A DNA stretch of 63,210 nt, filler included, from Asterionella formosa (lineage: Eukaryota), in assembly GCA_002256025.1 (NCBI GenBank). It is 18 parts of 18 records of this genome, joined end to end, with 100 filler letters (N's around TTAATTAATTAA, not from the genome) between each part and the next. Parts side by side here need not be neighbours in the genome. Positions count along the whole stretch, not along the records: positions 60,577 to 61,843 come from NKIB01003306.1; positions 61,944 to 63,210 come from NKIB01003308.1; 16 more parts are not named here. One strand, given 5' to 3'. Below the pieces are notes generated by a model. That model did not search any database. It had not been told where the DNA came from and saw only the letters and a program-made list of their open reading frames with translations. A program made the translations under genes and the position numbers. Positions 60,477 to 63,210 of the stretch are shown piece after piece; positions within the stretch are counted from its first letter, which is position 1, and each line of letters starts with the position of its first letter.

Positions 60477-61943
60477 NNNNNNNNNNNNNNNNNNNNNNNN
60501 NNNNNNNNNNNNNNNNNNNNTTAATTAATTAANNNNNNNNNNNNNNNNNNNNNNNNNNNNNNNNNNNNNNNNNNNNCAAAAGTGGGTGGGAGTTTAAGGT
60601 TGAATGCACCTCTGCATGTTTGAGTATAGTGGTGGGAATTACTTGGTTAGTCTTGACAGCTATTGGCAAGTTGGATGTTGTCTTTCCTTGAAATATCATG
60701 GTAGTGGGACTCTCACACACACACTCAGCACTACATAGCATAGTGAAAAAGGTAACATCATGGCATTATGCAAGCAACATCAGACTTTGCCATTTACTTT
60801 CTTGTCACTGGAACAAGTCAATTACACACTTCAAGCTCTTTGCTTACTATCATTAACATCACACTCTTTGATATGCTATGTTATATAACTACTGTAAAAT
60901 AGGATCGTTGAGCTTTTACATAAACAATTATTTTCTGATTTGCTCGCTAATCTGACATTGTTATTGACAGTTAAACGGGGTACCTGGTACTCCTACACTA
61001 CCATACATATATCTATGATATAAACAAGGCCGTTTTGGTTTTGGCATAATAATACCGGCCAATTTGGCAACAATGGTGTTGGGTAGTTTTCGCCTACAGA
61101 TAAATTCATGAAGATATATGCTGGTATCTTGCATGCATGCACCGGTACCTGGAACTACACGCGCATCTTTTTCTTTATCAAATGTCAAAATGAAGTACCT
61201 GGTACCTGGAGTGAGCGATCTTGCGCATCAATACAGATGTATATAGGGTTAGTGTTATATCATATATGAATAAGAACTCAATAATGAGAGAACTCGACTT
61301 ACCCTCATTGTATACTTTGGTGTCGACTTGGAGAACGAGTTACACACAAGGATTAACAAATAAGCTCATATATTCAACAAATACTACTACTTCTAGTTAG
61401 ATACTTCACTTTGAATTCAAAAAGAGTCCAATTAGAATTAATATTGTTGATGTCCTCTCAAGTTCCAGTGGTCCCATTGATGAAGGATAACAACATACTA
61501 AACATCAAGATTCAAACTTCTTTGTGTATCCTTACAAGCCAGGTCAACATTTGGAGTCTTACAGCAAAGATATGATCAATTGACGCTCAGGGGAAGCTTG
61601 TTTATTGATTTCAGTAAATCCTGTGATATGGCTAACACATATATCTTCAGTCCAGCAGATTCCTTGCTTGTTCACCTACTGCTACAAAAGATGGCTCACA
61701 GATATCGTCTTGTCTGACTGGATGAGCGTTGCAATACACTCAAATGCTCAGTCCCACCATAACAGTCTCAACAAGAAAGTCATAGTGATGTGGCTGGAAG
61801 ATTACCTTCTTCATGATATCTCTGAGAGTCAATAACAGTGGCTNNNNNNNNNNNNNNNNNNNNNNNNNNNNNNNNNNNNNNNNNNNNTTAATTAATTAAN
61901 NNNNNNNNNNNNNNNNNNNNNNNNNNNNNNNNNNNNNNNNNNN

Positions 61944-62720
61944 GAGGATCGTTTTCCTTAATACATGAACGGGTTATGCCTCAAGGCATTTCTTTGTCTG
62001 ACGAGACATCCCAATTAATACATACCATAGCTGGTACTTATTCATTTCATGCCAGTGTCATGCTATATGATCTGATTTTACCAGAATTTAATCGATCCGC
62101 TCATATTTTACAACAAAAGTTTCAAGTCTTTGTTAATGGTCTATGCACATTTGATGTTATTTTAGAACGTGATTTCCTCTGTCAAGTTGGTTTAACCATT
62201 GATTTTGTAAATAACACCATGTCCTGTATGGATATGATTGTTCCTATGCATCCTCTCACATTCTTTGATGATGGAGAACGTTTACGTGATGTATTATTAT
62301 ATTTTGATGCACCTATGATTGTGGAATCTTTATATGCGCTGGAAATTAAAGCTGCTGAATATAATTACGTAAATATTGATACAGTGGTGAATAAACAGAT
62401 ACATTTGACAACAATACAACGATCATGTTTACGAACTATATTGGTTAAATATCAAACATGATTTGATGGCAAATTAAAAGTCTATCCTCATAAACAGGTA
62501 CATTTGGAATTATTATCAAATGCTATCCCTCGTCATCAACGAGCATATGCATCCGGTCGCTCATATTCATTTAGAAGCTTTCAAAACAGAATTACAACGA
62601 TTATGTGATATTGGAGTCCTACAAAAATGTGGTGCTTCTAAATGGGCATCTCCCACTTTTATTATTCCAAAAAAGGATGGAAGTGTCCGATGGGTATCAG
62701 ATTTTCGTGAACTTAATTAA
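61944..62720 (+). pseudogene. Ty3/Gypsy pol remnant (protease end and RT start) with stop and frameshift
   Basis: FDVILERDFL...IDF, *FDGKLKVYPH, KTELQRL..IGVL, WASPTFIIPKKDGSVRWVSDFRELN. Confidence 0.85.
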
Positions 62721-63210
62721 GGCGTTGGTGATGGATTTCGGATCTCGTTTTAAAACTTTGAATAGGCTACTTCAACTAATGCCTTATCCAGAAGATCAAA
62801 TTGGATTGTCAAAAGAAGATATGCGGATTATCATTCGTCTGCAAATAAAAACTATCATATTTCCATGATGCATCATAGGATTGTTATCATCTGATCATAA
62901 TTTTTCGTTATATCATCTAATAATTTTGATAAATGCCTTTGTAATTTAAATAGTAACCCTTTTGACTACATATATTTAATTATTATATGTATTGTTTCTA
63001 TTTGATTCCTGTATTCGAATTTCTTGGTAGGATAATGTACCAGTTCAAGTAATGTAATTTGGCTCGTCATTTCCATCCGCCCCTCATCACTCCGATTTTT
63101 GCAACAACAACGAAATACTAGCGATGACAAGCGGAATGAATGTTTGCGATAACGTCTTCAATTTGTTGGTCAAGTGATCTTTATATCTTCGAGTAATCGT
63201 CATGTGCAGT

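Noticed and set aside
61253..61379. Solo LTR (TGTT...CAACA)
   Set aside because: No matching TSD and no second copy in the window.
20628..61943. Regularly spaced TTAATTAATTAA as a CRISPR-like or biological repeat
   Set aside because: Always embedded in 44-N flanks; it is a six-frame stop linker added in assembly.

Overview
Eukaryotic, non-bacterial DNA, most likely a pennate diatom. This is inferred from short GT-AG introns, diatom-type bipartite plastid presequences, and CoDi-like Copia, Gypsy and PIF/Harbinger elements. The window is not contiguous: it is unrelated contigs joined by artificial 100-bp linkers (44 N + TTAATTAATTAA + 44 N). Two ~20.6-kb gene-rich contigs (1-20627, 23467-44052) encode a PPR-SMR protein, a 2053-aa disordered protein, a probably plastid-targeted cN-II-type 5'-nucleotidase, a PKDCC/POMK-like membrane kinase, a histidine phosphatase, USP5/13, NOG2, a triple-CXC (LIN54/tesmin-like) protein, NIPA/ZC3HC1 and CNOT11. 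The ~1.27-kb contigs hold transposon fragments plus partial mTERF and LCMT1 genes. The most notable signal is a set of promoter-proximal arrays that parse as TA-(C..G)-TA units (TA-CCGG-TA, TA-CCAGG-TA, TA-CCAGGG-TA, TA-CCCTGG-TA, TA-CAG-TA). Paralogous repeat pairs in this window differ by such a unit at a TA site, which suggests stacked Tc1/mariner-type excision footprints, and a decayed Tc1/mariner-like transposase is also present. Other notable items are a tRNA-Ala-derived SINE in two copies, a complete 1.64-kb Harbinger element with TAA duplication, and telomere-like repeats read in frame inside a Copia pol.
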